A DNA stretch of 64,000 nucleotides from Trichosphaerium sp. ATCC 40318 (Eukaryota > Protista > Tubulinea), in NCBI GenBank assembly GCA_038496445.1, contig JALMLS010000585.1:394224-458223 (forward strand), read 5' to 3'. This document shows, one piece after another, positions 1 to 11,628 of this stretch (position 1 is its first letter; every line of letters starts with the position of its first letter). The translations under genes were made by a program, and so were the position numbers. The notes below the pieces were generated by a model. The model did no database searches. It worked only from the letters and a program-made list of their open reading frames with translations, and was not told the origin of the DNA.

Positions 1-41
1 TGTTTTGCGAAACAATACTCACAAAAACACTAGCGTTCGTC

Positions 42-2499
42 ATGGGAGATGCGTGGGAAGGATTCTGCTGAAAAACTAGATAAAGCAACGAAGCGAAGGT
101 CTTTTAAAGATTCTTCGGCTATTTCTGACTTCTTTAATCCTCCGGAGGAAGTACAGGACCCAATCGACGATAGGTAACGTTTTTTTTAGTCGTTTGTGTG
201 ATTGTGAACCAAAAAAATCTAAACGTGTTCATTTTGTTGTTTTTGTTCAAATGTCGCTGTGTGGCTTCCTTGCGGTGCTTGGTATTTTCTCAAGGACTAC
301 TAGGGAAACTAAAAAGCCACGGAACGAGCCTTACGATGAACCAGTCGGAAAGATTCAGCTCAAAAAGAAGGGTAGAGGCAATGTTATGTCTCTTTTCCAA
401 CCTGCAAAACCTGCTTCTCCTAAAACACGTGTACCAAGCTTTATGTCAATGTTTGACGCAAAGAAAGAACTTGCTGAACTCGATGATGTTCAATTCGAAA
501 CTGATGATTCGTATACATCCTCACAACCACAATTATCTCAAGAGGAGATGGATAAAGCCATAGGCGCTCTAGCAAATTTTGGTGCACCTCCTGAAGAAGA
601 AGACGAGGAAGAAGCTTCTGATAGTTACGAAGATGAAGATGAAGATGAGGATGAAGATGAAGATGAAGATGATGATGCGAAGAAGAAGACGATGAAGAAG
701 GCGATGAAGCCAGCAGTGAACAATTTGATGATTTGAGCTTACCTTCTCAAGATGACCTCGCTGCTCAAGTACGCCAACGAAATCAATTTTTTTGGTTTTT
801 TTTGAGGACACAGATACAATGGTTTTTGTCTATTTTCTTACTCGCTTTGTAGCTTGAAATGATGGACGCCCTAAAGGATTTACAAACACGTGTTATAGAG
901 GATACTGAAACTGTAGAATCTGAGGACTCTGAGGAGTATGAGTCAGGTGATGAAGACGAAGATGATTCTGAGGAAGAAGGAGAAGATAGTGAAGAAAACG
1001 ATGATGAATCTGAATCACAAAATGATGACGACTTGTTACAAAATGATATGGACTCACAAGACTTATTCAAAGCGTTGAATAGATTTACACATGAAGAACC
1101 TCCTTCAACACCTGAAGAGATAAGGCCAAGGAAGAAAAGTAAATCTGATCTTGGGATTAAACCTGAATTATTTGACCCAAGCTTACTTGATAGTTTACCT
1201 GAACTTACTGAGGTATCACAAGAAAAAGAAGGGGTACGTTACACAATAATTTTTTGATCAAAATGTCATTCTAACACTCTTAAATAGTCTCATAAGGAAC
1301 TTATTAAAGAGGTGCGTGTATTAGAATTAAGAACAAGCAAGGACATGACCCAAAAAAACGCGTTTATTTTTGAAATGAAAATATTCTTTTGAAAATGCAT
1401 TTTGCTAAAAAACGTTCTTAGATGGGCGGTTTTGGTAATATAAACAAAGCTGGTTTAAAACGCGGTAAGAAGTTTATGCAAATGGAGGACGCTCATACAC
1501 TTTGTTATCCATACTGTGGCGATAAGGTATTTTTTTTGACATCTATTTTTTTTTCTCTCTATACAAGAAGCTCATCATGATTAGTGTCTTGTTGTTGTTC
1601 TTGATGGTCACGCAGGAAAAGCGTGTGCTGAAGAGGCTGCTGTAATTATTCCTCCAGCGCTTGAAAACATCCTATCTAATACGCCACCAAATACAACAGA
1701 CTTGACAGAGGTTTGGCTACAGGTAATTAAAAAAAAAAAGCGAAACCTTACAAAAATTATTTATTTACTCTTTCTAGCTCTACAAAGAAGTCGATCAGAA
1801 ACTCATATCACACACATACGAGGGTGCTACATGCACTACTGTATTAATATGGCGTGTTGGAAATGATAGATACCTACAAGCAGCAAATGTCGGTGACTCA
1901 ACTGCATATCTCATGTACGTTTCATAAATGAGTTTTTATTCGCACTTGAACTCACACGTTTATATTTAGTCGCAATGGTAAAGCTGTATGTTTAACAATT
2001 GATCATAATCCAACCAAAGACTATGAAAGAAAGCGTATCGCTGTTGAGGTAAGTTAAAAAAAAAAAAAAACTGCGTCTACGCAAATTACTCTAAATCTGA
2101 CACGCTTTTAAGGGTGTTGAACTAAATCCAGGACAAACAAGGCTTAACGGTATTGCCGTTAGCAGAGCTCTTGGTGATCATTTCCCAAAGGAACTCAATA
2201 TTGGTCTTAGTGGAACACCTGACATTTCAGAAACTATCAAACTCGAACCTACTGATACTCATCTTATTGTTGCCAGTGACGGAGTACGTCATGATTGTTT
2301 TATACATTACATTTACCTACAACTTCTTCGTACTTACACGCAACTATAGCTATGGGACGTAATCAATTGTCAACGCGCATACGAAGTTATAAAGGAAATG
2401 GATGAATCAGCCGAAGAGCAAGCTACATACTTAGCTAAACAGGCTGCTAGATCTAGAAAATGCAATGACAACGTTACAGTGACTGTCACGCTGTTATAA
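42..2499 (+). CDS. Protein phosphatase 2C (PPM family) with long acidic N-terminal extension, multi-exon
   Basis: Spliced exons give the PPM motifs MQMEDAH (~1477), VLDGHAG (~1600), ANVGDSTAYL (~1885), DHNP...ERKRI, AVSRALGDH (~2155), VASDG/LWDV (~2270-2360) and C-terminal CNDNVTV...L*, with TAA at 2497-2499. N-terminal exons are Asp/Glu-rich and their boundaries are approximate. Confidence 0.9.
595..680 (+). repeat. Coding GAA/GAT low-complexity repeat (poly-Glu/Asp)
   Basis: (GAAGAT)n run encoding EDEDEDEDEDEDDD within the PP2C N-terminus. Confidence 0.8.
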
Positions 2500-2983
2500 A
2501 CGCGAGGTTATTAGCAAAAACCACGAAATGTAAAAAGGATAAAGAGAAATGACGATAGTACAACAACACGCGAGTGGCTGTTCGCGTGTTAACCTATCAC
2601 ACAGTGTACAATAAAAAAAGTAAAACAGGGAATCCGTTATCGTTTCGTGCAAAAACGTCACAAAGAGCGTTATGCCACTCACCTACGCCCAGGACTAACT
2701 CTACGCGTAGCACAGCAACTAAAGCTGCGTGACGAATTCTTGTTGCTCAACGTAGTCTACAATATACTACGGAGATAAAAGCGGTGTTATTAATTATACT
2801 CAGCATACCGACATTGAGTAAAGGGACTGAGGAAAGCTCTAACGAACAGCTACGAAAATGTAGCGAATTTTCATAAATAGAGTACTAAATTTTTGCACCA
2901 ATAACATTCGAGCATTTTGAAAAAAATGAAATTTCTGTAATTGTATCCTAGCAAAAGTTAACATAAAGTAAACAACAACCATC

Positions 2984-3406
2984 ATGTCTAAAAAATCATC
3001 TTCTGAAGCTCGCGCAGGAAAAGGCAGAAAGGCCGGTGACAAATCACGCTCATTCAAAGCCGGTTTGACTTTCCCAGTTGGCCGTCTCCACAGGCAACTC
3101 AAACAAGGTCAATTCGCCAAACGTGTAGGTATTGGTGCTCCAGTATACCTCGCCGCTGTTTTGGAATATTTGACCGCCGAAGTCCTCGAACTCGCTGGTA
3201 ACGCTGCTCGCGACAACAAGAAAGTCCGTATTGTGCCAAGACACATCATGCTTGCTGTCCGTAACGACGAAGAACTCAACAAGCTTCTCGGTAAAGTAAC
3301 GATCTCAAGCGGTGGTGTTATCCCTAACATTCACACCAACTTGTTGCCTGACAAACAAAAGAAGGCTGCTTTGTTGGAATCTGGCGGTGACTCCCAAGTT
3401 TACTAA
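2984..3406 (+). CDS. H2AX: Histone H2A, H2A.X-type (C-terminal SQxY), intronless
   Basis: Canonical H2A core ([13 protein letters not shown]...[48 protein letters not shown]) with C-terminus ...DSQVY*. Confidence 0.95.
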   Translation: MSKKSSSEARAGKGRKAGDKSRSFKAGLTFPVGRLHRQLKQGQFAKRVGIGAPVYLAAVLEYLTAEVLELAGNAARDNKKVRIVPRHIMLAVRNDEELNKLLGKVTISSGGVIPNIHTNLLPDKQKKAALLESGGDSQVY

Positions 3407-3427
3407 ACTATTACGAGTTTTCTAAAT

Positions 3428-3443
3428 GGCTTTTTTTAAAGCC
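3428..3443 (+). promoter_or_regulatory. Histone 3'UTR stem-loop
   Basis: GGCTTT-TTTT-AAAGCC forms a 6-bp stem and 4-nt U-rich loop about 20 nt after the H2A stop, matching the replication-dependent histone stem-loop geometry. Confidence 0.85.
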
Positions 3444-3774
3444 CCTTAAACTGCTGTTTAAACCACTTGTCTTATTTCCCAGTATTTAACGTTTTTTTAA
3501 CTCAGTACTATTTTTTCTATCTTGATCATTTTTTACCGCCAATTTTGATCCGTCCATGTTATTTCTTTGTCGCTATATTATTCAGTATGTAAATGTATGC
3601 GCTTATTGTGGTAGCTAGGTTGCTGTTGTTATTTACTATTGTGTAATCGCTTGTTTCAGATACACGTGTTTTGTTATCTGCACTTTTCTATATTCATCCA
3701 AACGTTATTGCAGAGCAAAATGTCGCTAAGTCGCCTTCACTTTTTTAGTGTCAGGTGATGGTAAGAGCTACTAT

Positions 3775-5884
3775 ATGCGCGTAGTTTGTTTAGGATACCG
3801 CAAGGGTTATTCCTCTACGCGTCAGCGTGTGCAGCAGCGTAGATACGTTTGGTGGAGTCCCAAAAAACCTGTAGAACAAAAAGATACCTCTGTTGGCCAA
3901 ACTGAGGTAGTTGTTGAAGAGCCAGAGTATAATTACTATGATCCAGTCACTATGGTACCCAAGGATATAGATATACTCAAGCAGTCGTTAAAAGGCGTCA
4001 GTGACCGAGATATACCAGCTAAAGGTTCTGACGCGCGAAATTTATTGCGTGGGCTTCGTGGCTTTATTAATTATCAGTATTGGTGCGTATACGCATAGAA
4101 AACATTTAGAAATGCTTTTTACGCGTTTTTATCTAATTTTGTGAAGGTACATACCATCACAACCAACACATGACGGACCGCCAGTAATATCATTCATAAA
4201 GTCAGAGCGGGGTACGGCGTCTTTTTTAGCGTTTTTATAAAAAAATGATTTCACGTTTTTCTGACGCACAAATGTCTCAACGTCTCTCGTTTGCAATGGG
4301 TTGCTATGGTATGTGCTAACTATTTGTAGATGCAAGCACTATACCCAGGAACCAAGACAACGCACCTTTTTGGAAACGCGCTGCTTCTTCTTTCACTGGC
4401 GCGTTAGCTGCTCAGTGGAACCGTTCTCCGCAGTTGACACTACCCATCTTTTCTACTATTGAGCATTTTGAGGCATACAAGCAGAGGTCTACTATTGATG
4501 TCATGCAGACTGCAACGCCTATGCGGATTGATGGTACTTTATTTTTTGATTTTTTGTTTTCCATCCTTTTTGCGCTTGAAAATGGCTTTTAAGAGCCTAT
4601 TGTTGTTGGATATTGTTGATTAGTAATGTGTATACTCATAGGTTCTCAGTTGGTTAATGTTATAGTTTCTGAAGTGCTTGGTGTTAGAGGCAACCGTGAA
4701 AAATTCAACAGATTTCAGATTAATCCTGTGGACATCAATGGAGGGACATCTGTTAATGTTGATCACGTTCCTTTAATGCTTCAACTACAGACAATACTCA
4801 CGACAGAGACATTGCTTAAAAAATTGTTCCAGTTCGAGGTTTGTGTTCACGTGTTCTGGTTTTGTTTTTTCTTTGCTTGAAGCTTACTTTTTGTTTTTAT
4901 TGTAGGGTGATTTAGGGCGATTGATTAAGAGTGATGCTGTTGAAATGATGGATCTTGTAAAGAGTTTGGAAGAACCTACTAAGCGTACAGCTCCTGGAAT
5001 ATTGACAAGCTCTAGTGTTCGGGAAATAATGAATAGTCCACAGACTAATAAGACGGTGTGTTTTTTTTTAACTCCTTTTTTTTTTTGGGTTTATTTCGCC
5101 TTCATGGATCTTTTGTACTGATTTATATTTGTCCTAGCTTAAGCATTTTTTAACTCTCATAAATAATGTAATCATTTCAACAAGTCGTAAAGGCAAGAGT
5201 ATCGGTATAGACAAAGATGGTAAGATTTCTTTCCGTGAAGTTGAAAAATTAAAAAAAAATTAAAGCTAGCGAATGTCACTTACTGACATCGTTGTTTAGG
5301 TAATCTTTTATGTTGGACTGATTTTATTGAGTATAAAGAGTTTACCTCAAATCAGAAGGGTATAAATCACAGTAGAGAGAAGGCTACTTTGGCCTTAGGA
5401 GAAGTTATCCGCTTGCATCGTCAGTTTGAATGTAAAGACCTGATAGTTAATCCTGGATCTCCATTAGAGGTACCTCTTTAAATGCAAACTTGCCTTAGCA
5501 ATGAAGAATTACTACATTACATTGTGTTGTTGAGTTTTCTTGATGAAAAAGAACAATGAAAAATGAGCAACTTGTGTTGCATTGAAACACTGTTTTTTCG
5601 TTTGTTTGACTTTTTTCCAGGTCCGATTTTTGCAGTCTCACGTGGATCTTACTCAAGAATATTTGGATGAATACGAGTGGTTACCAGATACTATAGAATT
5701 ATCAGAGCGAATAGGTGATCCACCACGTGTCAACCCTATTTTCAAAGTGAAAGAACAAGATCTTATTGATGTTGGATTTTTACCTAAAAAACCTAACCTC
5801 AACTTTAAAAAAGGAAAAAAGGAGGAACAGCAGAAATCGTCATCATCAAATAACGAGGGAAATACTGACTTCAAGGAACTGTAA
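3775..5884 (+). CDS. Hypothetical multi-exon protein, possibly mitochondrial
   Basis: A chain of open exons separated by GT-AG introns ends at TAA 5882-5884. The N-terminus MRVVCLGYRKGYSSTRQRVQQRRY is Arg/Ser-rich with no acidic residues, like a presequence. No recognisable domain. Confidence 0.55.
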
Positions 5885-6761
5885 AAAAAAATAAAATATC
5901 AATAATAAGTAGGGAGAAACCTCACTCACTGAGTTTTGGCTTGATAAGTACTTAACACTACCAAACATTGTAAATTATTTTCGTTGGAAAAAAAATCTTT
6001 TTTTTTTTCAGTTATTTAATAATCGTACAACTGTAGTGATGCTACACTGTAGGACAAAGATCTCAGGTGCTGACCCTGACGCCACAGTATTGAGTTTTTT
6101 TCCAAATCATTACAATTTTGTTACTGTCGTAATTTACATACATTGTACTGTGCTTCAAGAACTTAGAAGCCTGATTAAATAATCTAGTGGTATCCTAGAG
6201 GCACCTGGACGCAGTAAAATAGTCTGGTTGTTATAGAGACTCTGGAATTGACCTTGAATTACCTATCGATGATCGCGTTTCTCCAGTATTTTACTCTTAT
6301 TATCCACAAAGATATGTTTGTTGTTTGGTTTATTTTGATTAAGCAAAGCCTACTCTGGCGCATATTTCGTTACATTATATAGTACAACACAAGCTCTCCA
6401 TAGAACCTGGAATGCCCCTTACCACAACGATATGTGCTAACAATGAACAAGTATTGTTTTGTTGTAAATTTACTTTGTCAGTCAAAAATAGCGGTGATGG
6501 TCCAGCTCAGTGAGCTTGAAAATAAGATTAGCCGCACTATTTTTTGGTTTGTACAGATTAAATAGGCAAAATGGATGGTGGTATACACAAAGTGCTTTCA
6601 CCCATTCGAAAACCAAGTTTTGAAGAAAATAATGTCAAGTTAATAGTATTCACTGAAACACTTTAATGTTACAAAAACGTAATCAAGGCAAACATAACTT
6701 ACAAACCAAAACAACAACAAACGCAACTCATAAACATATTATACACGCAAAATAAACTAAT

Positions 6762-8187
6762 ATGCAGACATCTAAAGCAAATATACCTTTTACAATCGAA
6801 GATGTCGCTAAAGTAAATATATACTTGGCGGAGTACTTTAAACAACTAAACATGCATCCAACAAGAACATCTACCGGTAAAGAAAAGCAAACAGTAAGTC
6901 AACAACTGATAAAACTACAAAACTCTAATAATACACCAAGGATAGTGACGTTCGTCGTATGAACGAAATCGAAGGCGGTGTTGATGACATTGACATGCAC
7001 GGACATTTGGGCAAACAAAAAGGCTGGAAGGCTCCTATCTTACGTACTTTTTGCGATGTGGAAGCAAGAAAAGGTTACGACTCGATGAAAGCACATGAAT
7101 ACAGTGAAGACCCAGAAACTTTAAAAATCAAAGTGAAGGAACTTGCAAGACTCATTAAAGCTTCTAAGCATTGTGTCGCATACACAGGCGCTGGTATATC
7201 TACTGCAAGTGGTATAAACGACTATGCATCTCAATCAAAGGATTCTATGGCAACAGGAACTAAAGCAAAAGGACGTGCTAAGAAACGATCTGGTTTGGAT
7301 GCTGAACCTACGTTCTCGCATTATACACTTGCTGCTCTTTCAAAGGAAGGATATCTTAAGCACTGGATACAACAAAATCATGATGGCTTGCCACAAAAGG
7401 TAATTAATTTGTTCACAAACACGTGTTTTTTTTTGTTATCGTACTTGCTTTGATTTTCGTTTCTGACTGGTTTCTTCAGGCTGGGTTCCCACAAGAAGAC
7501 ATAAATGAGATACACGGCGCTTGGTTCAATCCATCAAATCCTGTAGTACCAATGTCTGGTAGTCTCAGAGACGACTTGTTTGACTGGATGTTGGAAGAAG
7601 AGCAAAAAGCTGACTTGGTTCTTACACTTGGAACAAGTCTGTGTGGTATGAACGCCGACCGTGTCGTCAAGACAGCTGGAAAGAAATATGTAAGAAAAGG
7701 AAAAGGTCTAGGATCTGTCATCATTGGTTTCCAAAGAACAATACTTGATCCTTTGGCTTCACTTCGCATTTTTGCAAGCATTGATGAAGTTATGCTTCAT
7801 CTGGCCATTGAGATGAAACTCCCATACAATCCAGTCCCATACACACCCTCAATCCCAGAAGAAGCGAAAACAAAGCGCAAAAATGTATACAGAGTACCTT
7901 ATGACCCAAAGACTGGGTTGAAAAGTGACACGAAAACAATGGAATGGGATTTGAGAAAAGGCTCATTGATAAAGTTGACAGGTGGCCCAGGTGTAGGATT
8001 TAGTGGAAAAGTACTACTTACGCCAGAGCATGCTAAGCGTAGAATAGCGTATAGAGTACAATTCCCATTCACAAGAGAAGGAAGCAAAGATTTTGGCAAA
8101 GTACTTAAATGTTACAGCCTTGGTACATGGTTTATTGAAGGCGCTTGCAAAGGCACTCTCAAGCAACTACCTTTTATTAATGAGTAG
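6762..8187 (+). CDS. Sir2-family (sirtuin) NAD-dependent deacylase, class IV-like, 3 exons
   Basis: Exons 6762-6893, 6941-~7399 and ~7480-8187. Motifs VAYTGAGISTASGINDY, AEPTFSH, QQNHDGL, EIHG and ADLVLTLGTSL. Confidence 0.9.
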
Positions 8188-8731
8188 AATGAATTCGTGT
8201 ATTTAAATTAAAACCATTTGTAAATAAAACATTGTGCATAATCTATCACGTGTTCATTGTACAACTTAATCATGTTTGAATGACAAAAAAAAACCAAAAT
8301 AAGTTCTTAGGAAACCTTCTCAACCCTCCTCTAGAATGCTCTTGAAAGAGACTCTTAGTAAGGGCTGCTGGCTATAGATATAAGGTAGTTACTTTCAAAG
8401 TTCTGTTAAAGATTGCAAGGACAAATGACATTACACAGTATATTGTATTAATACCATTTATTTTTTAGGCCGGAAAATGTACTTCAAAACACCACATGAT
8501 CTTTCGCCATAAAATGATCTTGCCAGCGTTAAAATACTGGAGGTTGTAAACAACAATAGCTCTAATTGCAAAGTACAACACGGCGAGTGTTTAGGTTAAG
8601 TTTCAGCTTTAGTTCAGTGATAGTAAAAAAAGTGGTAAACAATGGCGGAAGTACGTGTTTAAAGAATACCACAATGAGTGAGGTTGTCTAGGCACTACTT
8701 TTAGCGGTTTGAGGTATAACGTTTTCTTTAG

Positions 8732-10029
8732 ATGTTCCTGAGGTCCTCAGGGAAGCATGGGTTTAAACTGTTGTCTTCTGTGGAGACACACGAGTCAAAT
8801 CAGCGTATTCCTAAGGAAAAATTACTGGAGATGCTCAAAGCCGAGGTTACAATGCGTTGTTCCAAGGAAGTACGCGTATGGTACAGATAAACTAATTAAT
8901 AATTAAATTTAGTACCAAACGCTCTACACGCAGCAAGATACAGCTGAATGGTTGTTAGAAGTTGAAACTAAGCTCCAGAAGCAGTTGCTAATAGATTTCG
9001 ACATGACTGAATGCTCTGTTAGCAAGTACAGATCTCAACGCGGTTTGTATAAAGATGACAACGATATAAGAGGTACGCTTGAGTATCTTTGTCGATTTGT
9101 TATCTAACTGACGTCTTTAAAGACGCTGCTATATACATTAAATACGATAGAAGCTTCAGTGGAGTACTTAGTGTTGGCGACATAGCTCCTGATGTCGGTC
9201 TAGTTACCCTTGAAGAGAAAAAAGTACGAATAAAAAAACCAAATCCTGGCTTTAGTCAGCATCAATGTCAACCATCTGATCAACCTGTTAGGTTACCTTG
9301 TATGAGCTGATGCGCCTTGAGGAGGAAAAACCATGTGTTATTATTGCAGGTACAAGTGAATATAAAGAGAAAAGTAATAGTATGTTAGAAACGTTTAAAG
9401 CTTTTTTAGGCTCTCACACGTGACCCCCAATGAGAAACGCATTGCCTACTTTTATGAAGATGGCAGAGCGTTTTGCTGAGAAATGCAATTTTGTTATGGT
9501 GTATCTCATGGAAGCCCACGCAGCTGATGAATGGCCTCTTGGCACAAAAGTACATTATCTTATTCTGTAATGATTCTTACTTGTGCTAACAAATATAGGT
9601 GACAATAAACCAGCACAAGACTAATAAAGAAAGAATAGATGCAGCGACAGATCTCAAAGAAAAATACAAAATCAACTTTCCTTTAGTTGTACGCTCTCAA
9701 TTTTTTTGTGTACTGAACTTCCAAAGTCATTTTTTTTTATCTTTCTCGTTTTTTTCTTGGATTAGTAGCTATGTTGTACCATTTTTCCTCGTTTTGATTT
9801 AGTTAATTTTAGGTTGATGGTATTGAAAATACTTTCCATAAAACGTATGCAGCTTGGCCTGAGCGTTACTTTATTGTAGACAAAGCAGGAAAACTCGCAC
9901 ATATTGTACACAACAATACAATCATTTTTATTCTTATTCTTTTTAAAACAGGCTGTACCTGGTCCTATGGGATACACAAGCGCTCATATTGACCAAGTTC
10001 AAGAATGGTTAGAGAATAGATGCCTATAA
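8732..10029 (+). CDS. Iodothyronine-deiodinase-like (thioredoxin/Prx fold) selenoprotein; UGA 9421-9423 read as Sec
   Basis: The spliced frame reads ...GVLSVGDIAPDV.L...KPCVIIAGSHT-[TGA]-PPMRNALPTF...NFVMVYLMEAHAADEWPLG...NQHKT.KERI.AA...VVDGIENTFHKTYAAWPERYFIV...GPMGY...EWLENRCL*. All deiodinase motifs continue in frame past the UGA and a SECIS lies downstream. The start codon is uncertain (possible micro-exon at 8674). Confidence 0.9.
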
Positions 10030-10069
10030 TACAGTTCAAGAGGGCTGTGAAGATGTTGTTTCCGTCTGG

Positions 10070-10135
10070 TAAATCGAATGATAGTACAACAGTAAAACCT
10101 TGAAAGAAGCTTGTTGTAACTTGACAATACTCGTA
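10070..10135 (+). promoter_or_regulatory. SECIS element (eukaryotic type II)
   Basis: ATGAT (10078-10082), helix AGTACAACAG (10083-10092), unpaired TAAAA, mini-stem CTT-GAAAG-AAG, then CTTGTTGTAACT (10110-10121) and TGAC (10122-10125). It lies about 50 nt after the stop and upstream of AATAAA at ~10150. Confidence 0.88.
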
Positions 10136-10448
10136 TGTTTATCGGTGTAAATAAATGTATTAGGCTTTATTTAATCTACACTTCAAGATATGGATGTAAA
10201 CTAGTGAGTGCTCTTTAACATTGTTGTATATTGATAAATGAGTACACGTGCAATTCTTCAATACTTTTTTTTTCTATGATTATGCCTGCACTAGTGTGGC
10301 AGCGCAGTACATTGCCAACAAATAATAAGTAATTCGTACCTCTCTGATCTCATTCAGGTCCTACGGACGCTTCGTTGGCGAGTGTAGTATTTACAAGCGC
10401 TACTTGAAATACTGCAGTAGTCTTGATACCTGATGTGAAATAGCAATT

Positions 10449-10646
10449 TTATTCTTGCACAAGTAAGGTGCTTTCTCTCGTGTTGTGGAATGTGATATTT
10501 TCACTCCTTCCACGTTTTTGCAAGATCCTACACTTTGATACTTCGCCCAAACGTGTTGCAAACTTGAATGACACGGACAATATTGAGATTATTCTACGTA
10601 TATTTCGGTCGTTGAAAGCAACTATTAGGTGTTCGAGTTGAAACAA
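10449..10646 (-). pseudogene. Degenerate coding-like fragment homologous to 39990-40200
   Basis: 10517-10585 is the reverse-complement homolog of 40125-40195 (ILSVSFKFAT.L.EVSKC.ILQ). No intact gene structure. Confidence 0.45.
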
Positions 10647-10954
10647 CTAAGTTAATGCAAAAAAAACCGCTAAAAATTCAAAGGATCCTTAAACAAATGG
10701 TGTGTAGGCATCCTTTGTAGGTGGCTTGTTTACCTCACAATGCCGTTTTGAAACATGAGATTCCTCAATACACTCATCAATACTACCCGCAACAATGTTA
10801 TAGCACGTGCTTATTTATTAGGTCTCTTCCTCTGATCTTTGTTGTAAACGAGCTACAAAGTTATTTCGATAAACGTATAGCGTGCGATCTCATCTGGTTC
10901 ATATTTTTCATGGTGCATGAATGATAAACAAGGCATGGGAATATCTATTTGACA

Positions 10955-11015
10955 TAGAGATGGTTTTAAAATGGTGAGTGTTCCTCGTGTTCCTCGTGTA
11001 GTTTCGTGTCGTAGT
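10955..11015 (+). mobile_element. Putative hAT-type transposon terminus (TAGAGATGG plus TCGTGT subterminal repeats)
   Basis: TAGAGATGG is followed by several TCGTGT motifs. A homologous inverted copy sits at 63940-63997. No partner TIR or TSD was found. Confidence 0.35.
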
Positions 11016-11230
11016 TTGGGATTCATGCTCAAGATACAAGCATTGGATTAATCTCTATCCTGGAGCAATAGCCTACTTCACAACACTTACGCTCCGTGTA
11101 GTCATGTTTTAGTAGTACTAATAGTTACGTGAAATCGGATATTCATCGGACAAACTATAAGTATTGGACAAACAACACTATGAACAAAAATTTACGAGTT
11201 TTCATTTAGAAAATAAGGATTACACTCACA

Positions 11231-11628
11231 ATGAACGCCTTTTCTCCAACGACTATGATATCACTGACCACTATTTTTGTTGTCTTGATGTTTGTATGCT
11301 CAGTAACAGGACATGACGAAGAGGAAGAATCATGTGTTGGTAAATGGTGCTCAAGACTCTACACAAAGAAAAATGGTGACCCTGGAACTTTTTGTGCTGA
11401 TGTATGGGGTTCATGCCCAGATAACACTTATGATTATGTACGTGCTAGGAAGCAAGTTTACAACCTACGAATTCCACTTCTAATAGTGATTAGCACGTTC
11501 GAATTGAAAACAAAAAAAAGTGTAGACGATGCAATCAGAGAACACCTAGCGCTGGAAGATGTAACCATAATGCTGGTAACATGTGGTCAAAAGGCTTTAT
11601 TAGGCATTCCTGCTATGAATGCAAATAA
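11231..11628 (+). CDS. Small secreted cysteine-rich protein (113 aa), copy A
   Basis: Exon 1 is 11231-11437 (signal peptide, DEEEES, CVGKWC...FCADVWGSCP). Intron 11438-11493 is GTACGT...TAG. Exon 2 is 11494-11628 (HVRIENKKKCRRCNQRTPSAGRCNHN...HSCYECK*). The splice pattern is conserved in the paralog at 63340-63742. Confidence 0.75.

Noticed and set aside
569-1070. Minus-strand Ile/Phe- and Ser-rich ORFs
   Set aside because: Antisense shadows of the GAA/GAT acidic repeats in the PP2C gene.
2549-2600. SECIS-like start ATGAC-GATAGTACAAC-AA, sharing a 12-mer with the real SECIS
   Set aside because: The 3' arm lacks the GA quartet partner and the upstream PP2C has no in-frame UGA.
2620-2680. AACAGGGAATCCG...GCCACT resembling a cobalamin riboswitch
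   Set aside because: The required pairing and spacing are absent and the context is a eukaryotic intergenic region, so it is probably coincidental.
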